From: an uncultured delta proteobacterium
GTDB taxonomy: Bacteria > Desulfobacterota > Binatia > Binatales > Binataceae
DNA: 64,000 nucleotides
Assembly (NCBI GenBank): GCA_963765675.1
Contig: CAVXXK010000003.1
Coordinates: 128,001-192,000, forward strand
Direction: 5' to 3'
Of the stretch, positions 19,538-30,072 are shown piece after piece. A program made the translations under genes and the position numbers. The first letter of the stretch is position 1. Every line of letters starts with the position of its first letter. The notes beneath the pieces were generated by a model. It searched no databases. It was not told where the DNA came from and saw only the letters and a program-made list of their open reading frames with translations.

Positions 19538-21253
19538 ATGGAAAATAAGTCACAAGCGGATTTTCTGCATCTGCCGTTCCAGGAGAAGCTCGAGTTCCTG
19601 TACGGATTGCCCGCGCGCACCAAGCGCGACCTGATACTCTCGGCGCCCGAGGCCGAGCGCCTGGTGCAATCGTTCTCGCCCGAAACGCTCTACTACACGC
19701 TCAAGGAGATCGGCTCCGCCGACGCGGGCGATCTGCTGAGCCTCGCGCTGCCCGAGCAGGTGCAATCGCTCTTCGACCTGGATTGCTGGAACAAGGATCG
19801 GCCAAACTTCGCGCGGATGCGCGAATGGATCGAAGCGCTGTCGGAAGCCGGACGCCGTCGCCTGGCCGACGGCTTGATGCAGCTCGACATGGAGATGGTG
19901 GCGCTGCTGCTGCGCGGCTATGTGAAGGTGCATCGCCTCGACGATCCCAACGCCGCCGAAGATCCTCCCTTCAACCGCTACGTCCAGTTCGACGAGCACT
20001 ACCTGATCGAGTTCATCCGCAACGACGCGATCACGCAGCACATCTCCGATTTTATCGAAGAGGCGTTCGAGCGCGACTACAACTATTTCGCCGGCGTGAT
20101 GGAGGAGATCTACTGGGGCGTTCAGGCCGAGCTCGAGGAAGAGGCCTATTCGTTCCGCAGCGCGCGCCTGGCCGACCGCGGATTTCCCGATTACTTCGAG
20201 GCGCAGGACGTTTTCGCGTATATCAATCCGCGCGAGTTCCTGAAAATTCGTGAACAGTATGACAAGCCGACCCGCGCCGATTTGCTCGACGAGCGCGACA
20301 TGCTGCCGCCGGAGATGGCGCCCGCGATCGCGGGATCCGACGGCTCGCTCTTCAACACCGCGCTGACCGCGGGATTCGCGGCGCACAGCAAGCGGCAGGT
20401 GCGCGCGGAGATGGCGATGGTCTCGAACCAGGTGCTGATGGCGCGTGCGGTCGATTTCGGCGATCTGGACGCGGTCCGCGTCGCGGTCGAGATGACGCAT
20501 AACTATCTGAATCTCGGGCTCGAGAATCTGGCGGGCGGCGACCTGGACACCGCGATCGAGCATCTGCGCGATACGCATCTGAAGCTTCTGTTCCGCCTCG
20601 GTGTCAGCCTGACGATCGATTTGCGCAAGCGCGCCGAGGAATCGCTCGCGCGCCTCGGCTTCGCTGGCGGCAGGACGGTCGAGGTCGCGTTCCTGGATTC
20701 TCCGTATCGCGAGGCGCTGACCGGAATCGCGCAGCGCCAGCCGCGCTTTTACGCGGCGCTCGACGGCAAGGGCTCGGTCGAGATGCGCGACTTCCGGACG
20801 ATGCGCGATCTGCATCTGGGCTACGCGATGCTCGATCAGATCGACGCGGCGCGGCCGCTGTTCCGCGCGCTGCTCGAAATCGATATCGGGAGTCCGGGCT
20901 TCCGCGCGTCAGTCGCGGCGCGCGAGATTCGGTTGAGCCAGATTCTGCTGACCGCGTTCGCACGCGCCGCGCTCGATGGAGCGCTCACTCCAGAGCCGAT
21001 CGAGTCTTCGAGATTGACAGCGATGCGCGACGTTCTGATGACCTATCGCGGTGGAATCGGCAAGCTGAGTGAGGCGCTACACGAGTTGGTTGCGAGGGCG
21101 GTAGCAGAGCGGCTGGATGAATCCGAGCGCAACGCGGGCGCGGAGTTCCTGAACTCGTGCCTGAACGTGTTCGAAGAAGAGTTCGCCAGCCTGGGCGCCG
21201 AGCGCGAAATCGATCCGCGCTTCATCCGCAGCGTACTAATCAAACGCGGCTGA
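19538..21253 (+). CDS. Conserved hypothetical protein (DUF6178-like)
   Basis: PEQVQ..FDLDCW, ELEEEAY.FR..RL.D.GFP; typical codon usage; start re-called at MENKSQ. Confidence 0.65.
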   Translation: MENKSQADFLHLPFQEKLEFLYGLPARTKRDLILSAPEAERLVQSFSPETLYYTLKEIGSADAGDLLSLALPEQVQSLFDLDCWNKDRPNFARMREWIEALSEAGRRRLADGLMQLDMEMVALLLRGYVKVHRLDDPNAAEDPPFNRYVQFDEHYLIEFIRNDAITQHISDFIEEAFERDYNYFAGVMEEIYWGVQAELEEEAYSFRSARLADRGFPDYFEAQDVFAYINPREFLKIREQYDKPTRADLLDERDMLPPEMAPAIAGSDGSLFNTALTAGFAAHSKRQVRAEMAMVSNQVLMARAVDFGDLDAVRVAVEMTHNYLNLGLENLAGGDLDTAIEHLRDTHLKLLFRLGVSLTIDLRKRAEESLARLGFAGGRTVEVAFLDSPYREALTGIAQRQPRFYAALDGKGSVEMRDFRTMRDLHLGYAMLDQIDAARPLFRALLEIDIGSPGFRASVAAREIRLSQILLTAFARAALDGALTPEPIESSRLTAMRDVLMTYRGGIGKLSEALHELVARAVAERLDESERNAGAEFLNSCLNVFEEEFASLGAEREIDPRFIRSVLIKRG

Positions 21254-21304
21254 GGCGCCGCCGCAATCTTCCGGCTCGATTCCCTCTCCCGCCGTCATTT
21301 CCCG

Positions 21305-21370
21305 CCTGGGAACGCCAATCTCCCGATTGGCGTCTTTCCGCCCGCCAATCGGGAGATTGGCGTTCCCGGG
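21305..21370. repeat. REP-like double hairpin GGGAACGCCAATCTCCCGATTGGCG
   Basis: 66-bp palindrome between convergent genes; near-identical copy at 42755-42820. Confidence 0.88.
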
Positions 21371-22201
21371 TCAGCGTGCGATCGTGATCGTTCGTTGCGT
21401 GCCGGCGCGGTCGAGCGTGATCGCGATGGGTCCGGTGCTTTTCGCGGTATCGATATCGGCGCTGAAGTCTGACGCTTGCGTCACTGCGCGCGAATCTACC
21501 CGGGTCACGATATCGCCGCGGGTTACTCCCGCGTGCTCGGCTGCCGGCGTCGTGTCTGCCACCAGCACTCCGCTTCCGGAGGGGAGACTGAATGCGGCGG
21601 CGAGCGCGGGAGTCAGATCCTGGACGGTGATTCCGAGCGCGGTCACGACGCGCGGTCCCTGCTCTACGGGCGGCCGCTCGGCGAGACTCGCATGGGGCGC
21701 ATTGACGAACAGCGGCGCGGCGACATAGATCGGCGCGCCGGTATCCATCGCGAGCGCAATCGCGTCGCTCGGGCGGCTGTCGATCGTGTACTTGCCGGCG
21801 TCCATGAAAATTTTCGCGTAGTAGATCTCGCCGCGAAGATTGGAAATCTCGACCCGGTCGATCCGATTACCGGTCTGGCTGATTACCGTGCCGAGCAGAT
21901 TGTCGGTCAGCGGACGCGGCGGCTTGACCCCGCGCAGCGAGAGCAGGATCGACTGCGCTTCGACGTTGCCGATGAGGATCGGAAGCTCGCGCTGATTGCC
22001 TGAATCGACCAGGAGCACGAAGTGCGCTTGCGCTTCCTCGTCGAAGCCGACCGTCGCGACTGTGACCCGCACGGCGTCGGGGCTGCGGGTCGAAGAAGTA
22101 CTTCCCGGCGCCGCCGCATGCTGCCCGCACGCACATGCCGCGAGGGTCGCGGCAACGATCAGCAGGCATAGATGACGCCCTGCGAATGCTCGCATGAGCA
22201 T
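21371..22201 (-). CDS. Putative lipoprotein: bifunctional nuclease (DUF151) domain + PDZ
   Basis: LAAC lipobox; LPILIG..EAQSI, PPRPLT, IDSRPSDAIALA; LGITVQ..GVLV..PA..AGV..GDIV. Confidence 0.8.
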   Translation of the reverse strand: MLMRAFAGRHLCLLIVAATLAACACGQHAAAPGSTSSTRSPDAVRVTVATVGFDEEAQAHFVLLVDSGNQRELPILIGNVEAQSILLSLRGVKPPRPLTDNLLGTVISQTGNRIDRVEISNLRGEIYYAKIFMDAGKYTIDSRPSDAIALAMDTGAPIYVAAPLFVNAPHASLAERPPVEQGPRVVTALGITVQDLTPALAAAFSLPSGSGVLVADTTPAAEHAGVTRGDIVTRVDSRAVTQASDFSADIDTAKSTGPIAITLDRAGTQRTITIAR

Positions 22202-22205
22202 CAGG

Positions 22206-22823
22206 TTACGCGCGCGGCGCCCCGGATGCCAAGCGGCGGAAGCCTTTTGCGATTATGTACAGCTCGGAGGAGCCGGGGCGGGTCGCGGTGGTGCGGGTTA
22301 CTTCGACGCGGGCGAAGTCGCGCTCGATTTCGGCGACGATATCTTTGAACTCCGAGCCCATGAAGACCTTGGCGACCATCGCGGCGCCCGGCCTCAGCAC
22401 TCGCCGCGCGAAATCCCGCGCCGCGAACATCAACTCGCGCGAGGCCGCGGTATCGCGCGCCGCGATTCCTGTGAGCTTCGGCGCGAGGTCACTCGTCACC
22501 AGGTCCGCAGCGCCGCCGAGCTCTGCGATCACGCGCTCCACGATCGCAGGGTCAAGAATGTCGCCAGTGATCACGGTGACGCCGGCCGGGACGCTCGAGC
22601 ATCGCGCGAGATCGACGCCGACAATCCGTCCCGACGGACCCGCGGCGCGCGCCAGGATCGCGAGCCATCCTCCGGGAGCGCATCCGAGGTCGGCGACTCG
22701 CGCGCCTCGAGCCACCAGTTTCGCGCGCGCGATCAGCTCCTCGATCTTGAACGCCGCGCGCGACGGCAGGCCGCGCTCGCGCGCCTTGCGATAGTACTTG
22801 TCGCGCGGCTCGTAGGTGGCCAT
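22206..22823 (-). CDS. rlmE: 23S rRNA Um2552 methyltransferase
   Basis: D.YY.KA...G..SRAAFK, DLGCAPGGW, SD.AP..TG, SSELY. Confidence 0.92.
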   Translation of the reverse strand: MATYEPRDKYYRKARERGLPSRAAFKIEELIARAKLVARGARVADLGCAPGGWLAILARAAGPSGRIVGVDLARCSSVPAGVTVITGDILDPAIVERVIAELGGAADLVTSDLAPKLTGIAARDTAASRELMFAARDFARRVLRPGAAMVAKVFMGSEFKDIVAEIERDFARVEVTRTTATRPGSSELYIIAKGFRRLASGAPRA

Positions 22824-22921
22824 CGAATTATCGCGCGAGGAAAATTCCGTCGCGCGGTTTGATCCGCGCGTCCGAGCCGGTATTCTGATGGGCTCTGCGA
22901 ACTGATTGTGTCGAAGTAAGC

Positions 22922-25111
22922 GTGATGCCGTCCATCAATCTTGACGATCTCAATCCTGAACAACGCGCCGCGGTGGTCGCCGAGCCCGGACCGATCCTGA
23001 TTCTGGCCGGCGCCGGCTCGGGCAAGACCCGCGTGCTCACTTACCGTATCGCCCACCTGATGGAGGCGCGCAAGGCCGCGCCCGAGGCGCTGCTCGCGGT
23101 CACGTTCACCAACAAGGCCGCGGCCGAGATGCGCGAGCGGGTGGCGGCTCTTATCGGCGAAGATACGCGCGCGCCGTGGGTGAGCACGTTCCATTCCGCA
23201 TGCGCTCGAATCCTGCGCTATGAAGGCAGCGCACTCGGATTCGATCGCAACTTTTCAATCCTCGACGAGGGCGATTCGTCCGCCGTGATGCGCCGGGTGC
23301 TCGAGGACGCGATGCTCGCCGACTCGCCGCCGGTGGAGGTTCTGCGCGCGCGAATCGAGCAGGCCAAGAACGAGGCGATCTCGCCGGCCGCGATAGCCGA
23401 GCGCGCCGAAAGTGATCGCGACAAGCGAATCGCCGAGTTGTATGCGCTTTATCAAAAGCGGCTGCTCGCGATGAACGCGATGGATTTTTCCGATCTGCAG
23501 ATGAACGTATGGACGCTGTTCGAGCAGCATCCGGAGGTCCTGGAAAAATGGCAGCGCCGCGCCGCGCATCTGCTGGTGGACGAATACCAGGACACCAATC
23601 GCGTGCAGTACCTGCTGGTGCGCGCGCTTGCGCAGCGCTCGGGGAGCTTGTGCGTCGTCGGCGACGAGGACCAGTCGATCTATCGATGGCGCGGCGCCGA
23701 TATCCGCAACATCCTCGACTTCGAGCGCGATTATCCCGAGGCGCAGATCTTCAAGCTCGAGCAGAATTATCGCTCGACCAAAACGATCCTCGCGGTGGCG
23801 GCCGGCGTGATCCGCAACAACACCGAGCGCAAGGACAAAACCCTCTGGACCGAAAATGAAGCCGGCGAGCCGGTGGTCTATTTCACCGGGATGACCGAGC
23901 GCGAGGAAGGCGATTTTATCGCGCGCGAGATCGCGCGCTTGATCGCCGAGGGCGGCCTGCGCCCGATGGACTTCGTCGTCTTCTACCGCACCAACGCGCA
24001 GTCGCGCGTGATCGAAGAGGCGCTCGTGCGCCGCCGGATTCCCTACTACATCGTTGGCGGCGTGCGCTTTTACGAACAGCGCGACGTCAAGGATCTGCTC
24101 GCCTACCTGCGCGTGCTCGCGAATCCTGCGGACGCCGTGAGCCTGGAGCGGATGGTGGCGACGCCGCCGCGCGGAATCGGCGCCAAGACCGTCGAGGCGA
24201 TAAACCAGATCGCCGCGCGCGAAAATATCACCGCGTTCGAAGCGCTCGGACGGCTCGAGACCGTGTCCGTCGTCGCGCTCAGAATCGCCAAATCCGCCGG
24301 CGCGCTTTATTCATGGATGCGCGATCTGGCGACGCGCGCGGGCTCGATCTCCGTGCGCGAGATCGTCGCCGAGGTCGTGCGCCACTCCGGCTTCGAGCCT
24401 TATCTCGACGGACTGGTTGACGCGGCCGCGCGCAAGCAGAATCTCGCCGAGCTGCTTACGGCGGCGGGCGCGTTCGACGCGGAGAATTCCGGCGGCGGAC
24501 TCGCGGAGTTCCTCGAGCGTGTGGCGCTCGTCAACGACGCCGACCAGGTCTCCGGAGCGTCGGGCCGCGCGGCGCTGATGACGCTGCATACGTCGAAGGG
24601 TCTCGAATATCCGGTCGTGTTTATCGCCGGGATGGAAGAGGGACTGTTCCCGCACAGCCGCTCGGCCGACACTCCCGACGAAATCGAAGAAGAACGCAGG
24701 CTTTGCTACGTCGGGATGACGCGGGCGCGGCGGATGCTCTATCTGACCAACACACTCTCGCGCGAGCTTTACGGAAGACGCGACGAGCCGCGCCCCTCGC
24801 GCTTTCTGGCCGAGATCGACGGCGGACTTCTGCGCCGGATCGCGCCCGAGCGCGAGCGCCCTGTCCTGCGCGCTCCCGCCGAGCTGAATCGTCCATACGT
24901 CGACTACAGCGACAGCCAACTCTCCGACGAGGAAGCTGGCGACGGCGCGCTCGCGATCGGCGCGCGCGTGATACATCCGACCTTCGGCCGCGGCGTCGTG
25001 CGCCGTCGCGAGGGGCGCGGCGACGGCGCAAAGGCGTGGGTGAATTTTGATCGCGCGGGAGTCAAGTTGCTGGTGCTGAAATTCGCCAATCTAAAGCCGA
25101 TTGCCGACTAG
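22922..25111 (+). CDS. uvrD: UvrD/PcrA SF1 helicase
   Basis: AGAGSGKTRVL, VDEYQDTN, VGDEDQSIY.WRGA, LEQNYRS, EEERRL.YVGMTRA. Confidence 0.95.
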   Translation: MMPSINLDDLNPEQRAAVVAEPGPILILAGAGSGKTRVLTYRIAHLMEARKAAPEALLAVTFTNKAAAEMRERVAALIGEDTRAPWVSTFHSACARILRYEGSALGFDRNFSILDEGDSSAVMRRVLEDAMLADSPPVEVLRARIEQAKNEAISPAAIAERAESDRDKRIAELYALYQKRLLAMNAMDFSDLQMNVWTLFEQHPEVLEKWQRRAAHLLVDEYQDTNRVQYLLVRALAQRSGSLCVVGDEDQSIYRWRGADIRNILDFERDYPEAQIFKLEQNYRSTKTILAVAAGVIRNNTERKDKTLWTENEAGEPVVYFTGMTEREEGDFIAREIARLIAEGGLRPMDFVVFYRTNAQSRVIEEALVRRRIPYYIVGGVRFYEQRDVKDLLAYLRVLANPADAVSLERMVATPPRGIGAKTVEAINQIAARENITAFEALGRLETVSVVALRIAKSAGALYSWMRDLATRAGSISVREIVAEVVRHSGFEPYLDGLVDAAARKQNLAELLTAAGAFDAENSGGGLAEFLERVALVNDADQVSGASGRAALMTLHTSKGLEYPVVFIAGMEEGLFPHSRSADTPDEIEEERRLCYVGMTRARRMLYLTNTLSRELYGRRDEPRPSRFLAEIDGGLLRRIAPERERPVLRAPAELNRPYVDYSDSQLSDEEAGDGALAIGARVIHPTFGRGVVRRREGRGDGAKAWVNFDRAGVKLLVLKFANLKPIAD

Positions 25112-25144
25112 GCGTTCTTCCCCTACAATTTTGAGGGCTGGGGT

Positions 25145-26263
25145 TTGATTGGCGAGGCGGCGGCGGAAGCCCGATTGCGCGATTCATTGAAGTACCGAAC
25201 ACATAATCAGTTTCGATGGCTCGCGGCCGCGCTGTGCCTGGTCGTCGTGGCATGGTCGGCCCCGCGCATCGCGCATGGATGGACCGACTCGGAATTCGAA
25301 AAGCGTCCGCTCTATGCGTATCCGCTGCCGCACGGCCGCGACAATATCATCGGCAATCTGATCACCTATCAAATCCAGAAGGGCGACACGCTGCTTGATG
25401 TCGGGCGATGGTTCGGCGTGACGGCAACGGAAATTTCCGCGGCCAACGGCAAGATCGACTGGTGGACGCCGCCGGTCGGCAAGAACATCATCCTGCCCGA
25501 CGAATATATTCTTCCCGATACTCCGCACGTCGGAATAATTCTGAATATCCCCGAGATGCGGATTTACTATTACTATCCGTCGCCGATCGGACCGGTTCTC
25601 GGCGGCAGGAGAAAGCTCAAGAAAGCCGGTTTCAAGACCGGATCGGCGGCGCGCCACGAAGCGCATAGCGGGATACATCCGGATGTCGTTTACACCTTTC
25701 CGGTCGGGCTCGGCCGCTTCGACTGGAAAACTCCTCTCGGCGCATTCACCGTGCGCGGCAAAACCAAGGAGCCCACCTGGGTCGTCCCGCAGGACATTTA
25801 CGAAGAGCATCTCGAGCGCGACGGCGAGGCCGAGCACATGATTCCCGGAGGTGACCCGGACAATCCTCTCGGCCACTATCGCCTCGAACTGACGCTGCCC
25901 GAATATGCCCTGCACGGCACCAACGTTCCGTGGGGCGTCGGGATGGAAGTCAGCCACGGATGCGTCCGGCTATATCCCGAAGATATCGAGCGGCTGTTCA
26001 ACAAGGTCAAGGTCGGCACGCCGGGCGAATTCGTCTATCAGCCGATCAAATTCGGATGGCGCGGCGACGCATTATACGTCCAGGTGTACGACGACCTGTA
26101 CGGCGTCTATCCGGGCCTGTGGGCGCATGCGCAGGACGAGATCAAGCGCCTTGGCATCGAGGATCAGGTCGATCTGCAGAAGCTCGAGAAAGCGGTCGAG
26201 GGCAAGACCGGAATTCCAACCTACGTAATGCCCGGCGACCCTCCGCCCGGCTCCGCAAGCTGA
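25145..26263 (+). CDS. LysM-containing L,D-transpeptidase
   Basis: Y.IQKGDTL, PDNPLG, HGTN...G..VSHGCVRL; start uncertain. Confidence 0.9.
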   Translation: MIGEAAAEARLRDSLKYRTHNQFRWLAAALCLVVVAWSAPRIAHGWTDSEFEKRPLYAYPLPHGRDNIIGNLITYQIQKGDTLLDVGRWFGVTATEISAANGKIDWWTPPVGKNIILPDEYILPDTPHVGIILNIPEMRIYYYYPSPIGPVLGGRRKLKKAGFKTGSAARHEAHSGIHPDVVYTFPVGLGRFDWKTPLGAFTVRGKTKEPTWVVPQDIYEEHLERDGEAEHMIPGGDPDNPLGHYRLELTLPEYALHGTNVPWGVGMEVSHGCVRLYPEDIERLFNKVKVGTPGEFVYQPIKFGWRGDALYVQVYDDLYGVYPGLWAHAQDEIKRLGIEDQVDLQKLEKAVEGKTGIPTYVMPGDPPPGSAS

Positions 26264-26347
26264 CCTCTGCGCGAGGCATATAGCTTTGATTTTCTAAACG
26301 GTGGGTCGTCAGATTTCCTCTCTTACATTGTTTCCGCTCGTTCACCG

Positions 26348-26682
26348 TGTCATTCCCGCGCGCGTGGCTGCCGTGCGCGAGAGCCTGTCCTGAGCAACGC
26401 CGAAGGAAATCCCGGACGACGGTTCGCTGCACACGGACGGTAGCGCGGAGCATGGCCGCCTCGGGATTTCTCCCTTCGGTCGAAATGACGAATGCGGGTT
26501 TGGCGGATGAGTACCATAGTTTCAGCACAGCCCCCGATCGTCATTCCGAGCCATAGGCGAGGAATCCCGAGACGTCCATGCTCCGAGTCTACATCCCATG
26601 CAGTGCCCTCTCGTCCGGGATTTCCTTCGGCGTTGCTCAGGACAGGCTCTCGCGCACGGCAGCCACGCGCGCGGGAATGACA
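26348..26682. repeat. REPIN-like inverted doublet A (GTCATT..AATGAC arms)
   Basis: Arms 26348-26490 and 26539-26682 inverted, 48-bp spacer. Confidence 0.9.
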
Positions 26683-26809
26683 ACCCACTGCGCAGGCGAC
26701 CCGCCTTGCTCCGGTTTTGGGCTATCCCCTATACTCCTGCGGGCGCCCAAGAATTCGCCGCGACGCCATCACGTACTGACTCCAAGAGAGATCGAAGGCG
26801 CAAGATCGA

Positions 26810-27991
26810 ATGCGACAGGTAGCTTTTCATCGCCCGTCAATTGGTCCTGAAGAAGAACGCGAGGTTCTGGATACCCTGCGCTCCGGATGGATCACCACCG
26901 GGCCCAAGGCGAAGCGCTTCGAAAAGGAATTCGCCGAATACGTCGGCGCGCGCAATGCGCTCGCAGTCGCGCACTGCACGGGTGCGCTGCATCTGTCGCT
27001 GTGGGCGATGGGCCTAAAGCCCGGCGACGAGGTTATCACCACTCCGTTTACCTTCACCGCGACCGCCGAAGTGATGGGCTACCTTGGCGTGCGGCCGGTT
27101 TTCTGCGACGTCGATCCGGGCACTTTCAATCTTAATCCTGCGCGCGTCGAGGAAGCGCTCGAGGGCGGCAGTCATCCGCGCGTCAAGGCGATTTTGCCGG
27201 TGCATTTCGCGGGTCATCCGTGCGACATGGATCGGCTGATGAAGATCTCGCGCGAATACAATCTCAAGATGATCGAAGATGCCGCCCACGCCGCCGGCGC
27301 CGCGCGCCACATGGACGGACGCGGGATGGCGAAGATCGGCACGATCGGAGATCTGACCTGCTTCAGCTTTTACGCAACCAAGAATTTCACCACCGCCGAA
27401 GGCGGGATGATCACGACCGAAGACGACGAGCTTGCCGAAAAGATCGCGGTCGCGAGCCTGCACGGAATGAACAAGGACGCGTGGAAGCGCTACGACAAGA
27501 GCGGCTCGTGGTTCTACGAAATCCACGACCTGGGCTTCAAGTACAATCTGTCCGACGTTCACGCCGCGATCGGAGTGGCGCAGCTCAAGCGCGCCGGCGA
27601 ATTCATGCGCCGGCGCACCGAGATCGCCCGTCGCTACAACGACGCGCTAAAGGGAATCGAAGCGCTGCAGACGCCTTACTCCGAAGCCGGCATCGAGCAC
27701 GCGTGGCATCTCTATGTGCTCCGCCTGCGGCCCGAGTTGCTGCGCGTCGGACGCGCGCAGTTCGTCGAGGCGCTGCGCGAGCGCGGGGTCGGCGTCTCGG
27801 TCCACTGCATCCCGCTGCATACGATGCACTATTACCAGGACGCGTACGGATACCGCACCGGAGATTTTCCGGTCGCCGAAGATATCTACAGCCGTTGCCT
27901 GTCGCTGCCGATTTACGCCTCGATGACCGACGCGGATATCGACTACGTGATCGAAACCGTCAAATCGATCGAGCGCGAAACCCGCCGCTGA
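26810..27991 (+). CDS. DegT/DnrJ/EryC1/StrS nucleotide-sugar aminotransferase (ArnB-like)
   Basis: [28 protein letters not shown]. Confidence 0.92.
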   Translation: MRQVAFHRPSIGPEEEREVLDTLRSGWITTGPKAKRFEKEFAEYVGARNALAVAHCTGALHLSLWAMGLKPGDEVITTPFTFTATAEVMGYLGVRPVFCDVDPGTFNLNPARVEEALEGGSHPRVKAILPVHFAGHPCDMDRLMKISREYNLKMIEDAAHAAGAARHMDGRGMAKIGTIGDLTCFSFYATKNFTTAEGGMITTEDDELAEKIAVASLHGMNKDAWKRYDKSGSWFYEIHDLGFKYNLSDVHAAIGVAQLKRAGEFMRRRTEIARRYNDALKGIEALQTPYSEAGIEHAWHLYVLRLRPELLRVGRAQFVEALRERGVGVSVHCIPLHTMHYYQDAYGYRTGDFPVAEDIYSRCLSLPIYASMTDADIDYVIETVKSIERETRR

Positions 27992-28019
27992 TACGCGGCG
28001 CAAGCCAAGGAGGCTCCAC

Positions 28020-28961
28020 GTGCGTGCACTGGTTACCGGCGGCGCAGGTTTCCTCGGCTCTCATCTGTGCGAACGGCTGCTGAACGATGGAAACGAAGTT
28101 ATCTGTCTGGATAACTACTTCAGCGGCAAGCGCGCCAACGTCGCGCATCTGCTCGATAACCGCAACTTCGAATTGATCCGCCACGACACTGTCGAGCCGA
28201 TCCTGCTCGAAGTTGATCGCATCTTTCATCTCGCCTGCCCGGCCTCGCCCGTCCACTACCAGTACAATCCGGTCAAGACGATCAAGACCAGTGTGATGGG
28301 CACGATCAATATGCTGGGGCTGGCCAAGCGCGTGCGCGCGCGAATCCTGCTCACCTCGACCAGCGAAGTTTACGGCGACCCGGAACAGCATCCGCAGACC
28401 GAGAGCTACTGGGGACACGTCAATCCGATCGGCGTGCGCGCCTGCTACGACGAGGGCAAGCGCGTCGCCGAGGCGCTGATGATGGATTACCATCGACAGA
28501 ACAAGGTCGATATCCGCATCGTGCGCATCTTCAACACTTACGGACCGCGGATGGCGATCAACGACGGACGCGTGGTTTCGAACTTCTGCGCCGCCGCGCT
28601 GCGTGGACAGGACCTCGAGCTCTACGGCGACGGCAAGCAGACGCGATCTTTCGCCTACGTCGACGACATTATCGACGCGCTGGTGCGGATGATGAACCAG
28701 GACGCGCACATTGGACCGATCAATATCGGTAATCCCGACGAATTCACGATGATCGAGCTGGCGGCGCTCGCGATCGAGCTGACCAAAAGCTCGTCGAAGA
28801 CCAGGATCATGCCGATGCGTCCGGACGATCCCGTGCGCCGCAAACCCGACATCACGCTGGCGCGGAAGGTCCTCAAGTGGGAGCCGCGCATCGCCCTGCG
28901 CGAGGGGCTCGGCAGAACGATCGAGCACATGCGCGCCGAGCTTGGACTGGTAAAGACGTGA
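28020..28961 (+). CDS. UDP-glucuronate decarboxylase (UDP-xylose synthase) family
   Basis: [37 protein letters not shown]. Confidence 0.92.
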   Translation: MRALVTGGAGFLGSHLCERLLNDGNEVICLDNYFSGKRANVAHLLDNRNFELIRHDTVEPILLEVDRIFHLACPASPVHYQYNPVKTIKTSVMGTINMLGLAKRVRARILLTSTSEVYGDPEQHPQTESYWGHVNPIGVRACYDEGKRVAEALMMDYHRQNKVDIRIVRIFNTYGPRMAINDGRVVSNFCAAALRGQDLELYGDGKQTRSFAYVDDIIDALVRMMNQDAHIGPINIGNPDEFTMIELAALAIELTKSSSKTRIMPMRPDDPVRRKPDITLARKVLKWEPRIALREGLGRTIEHMRAELGLVKT

Positions 28962-29731
28962 CCACTGCGCTCATCACCGGCGCCTCCAGCGGTCTTGGCG
29001 AGGAATTCGCGCTGCAACTCGCGCGCGAAAAACTTGATCTGGTCCTGGTCGCGCGCCGCGAAGACAAGCTCAAGTCGGTGGCGGAGCGCGCGCACGGACT
29101 CGGCGCGCCGAGGGTTTCGATTATCACTGCGGACCTCTCGCATCCCGGCGCCGCAGAAGATGTGCATCGCCGCGCCGTCGCAGAGGGCGGCGAAATCGGT
29201 TACCTGGTCAACAACGCCGGCTTTGGCACCAACGGCCGTTTCGATTCGTTGCCGCTGACCCGCGAGATCGAAGAAATCAATCTCAATATTACCTCGCTGG
29301 TAGTTCTGACGCGGATCTGCGTACCTGCGATGGTCGCGCGCCGGCAAGGAATCGTGATCAACGTCGCCTCGACGGCTGCCTTTCAGCCGGTGCCGTGGAT
29401 GGCGACCTACGGTGCGACCAAGGCGTTCGTGCTGAGCTTCTCCGAGGCTCTGGCCGAGGAACTTCGCGGCACCGGAGTGACGGTCACTGCGCTATGCCCC
29501 GGTCCGACGCGCACGGAATTCCAGAGCGTCGCGCACAACGCCGACGCGAATTTTCCCGCATTCGCTTATATGGACGCTGCGACTGTGGTCCGGCAGGCGA
29601 TCGCTGCGGCGCGCGATGGTAAAGTGATCAAGATCAACGGTACCATCAACCTGCTGATGGCCGAGACCATGCGCGTGGTTCCCCGCGCGCTGGTGCGTCG
29701 AGTCGCGGGATCGATATTCAGGCAGCGTTAG
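28958..29731 (+). CDS. Short-chain dehydrogenase (DltE-like)
   Basis: [19 protein letters not shown]; GTGA overlap with the upstream stop. Confidence 0.88.
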   Translation: MTTALITGASSGLGEEFALQLAREKLDLVLVARREDKLKSVAERAHGLGAPRVSIITADLSHPGAAEDVHRRAVAEGGEIGYLVNNAGFGTNGRFDSLPLTREIEEINLNITSLVVLTRICVPAMVARRQGIVINVASTAAFQPVPWMATYGATKAFVLSFSEALAEELRGTGVTVTALCPGPTRTEFQSVAHNADANFPAFAYMDAATVVRQAIAAARDGKVIKINGTINLLMAETMRVVPRALVRRVAGSIFRQR

Positions 29732-29755
29732 CGCCGCTCTTTGCGCCGTCAATCA

Positions 29756-30061
29756 ATGACAATGACCGTGCGCACAATAATCGTTGAATTTTCAGTAGCC
29801 GTGACATGCGCCGCATTCGCCGGATGCTCGCCGCAGCAACCTGCCCCGCCGCCGCCCGCGCCGGTTCCCGTGGTCGCGGTGGCGCCGGTCGCGCAGCCGG
29901 TCAAAGAACAGCCCGACCCGCTGTTGCAGGACTGGAATATCTTTCCCGATCCGACCAGCGGCAAGGTCGAGGTCTATCACGACGGCGAGTATGTCGGCGC
30001 GGTGACCGGCGACGAGCCCAGCGACGAAGATCCTCCGCTGCCGCACCAGACCGCCGAGTAG
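29756..30061 (+). CDS. Small Pro-rich hypothetical lipoprotein
   Basis: FAGC lipobox followed by PAPPPPAP and an acidic C-terminal region. Confidence 0.6.
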   Translation: MTMTVRTIIVEFSVAVTCAAFAGCSPQQPAPPPPAPVPVVAVAPVAQPVKEQPDPLLQDWNIFPDPTSGKVEVYHDGEYVGAVTGDEPSDEDPPLPHQTAE

Positions 30062-30072
30062 CGCGCTGCTCG

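Noticed and set aside
26142-26850. ORFs across the repeat doublets (also 31243-31897, 47911-48730, 63237-63966)
   Set aside because: Translations of palindromic repeats or of the tRNA
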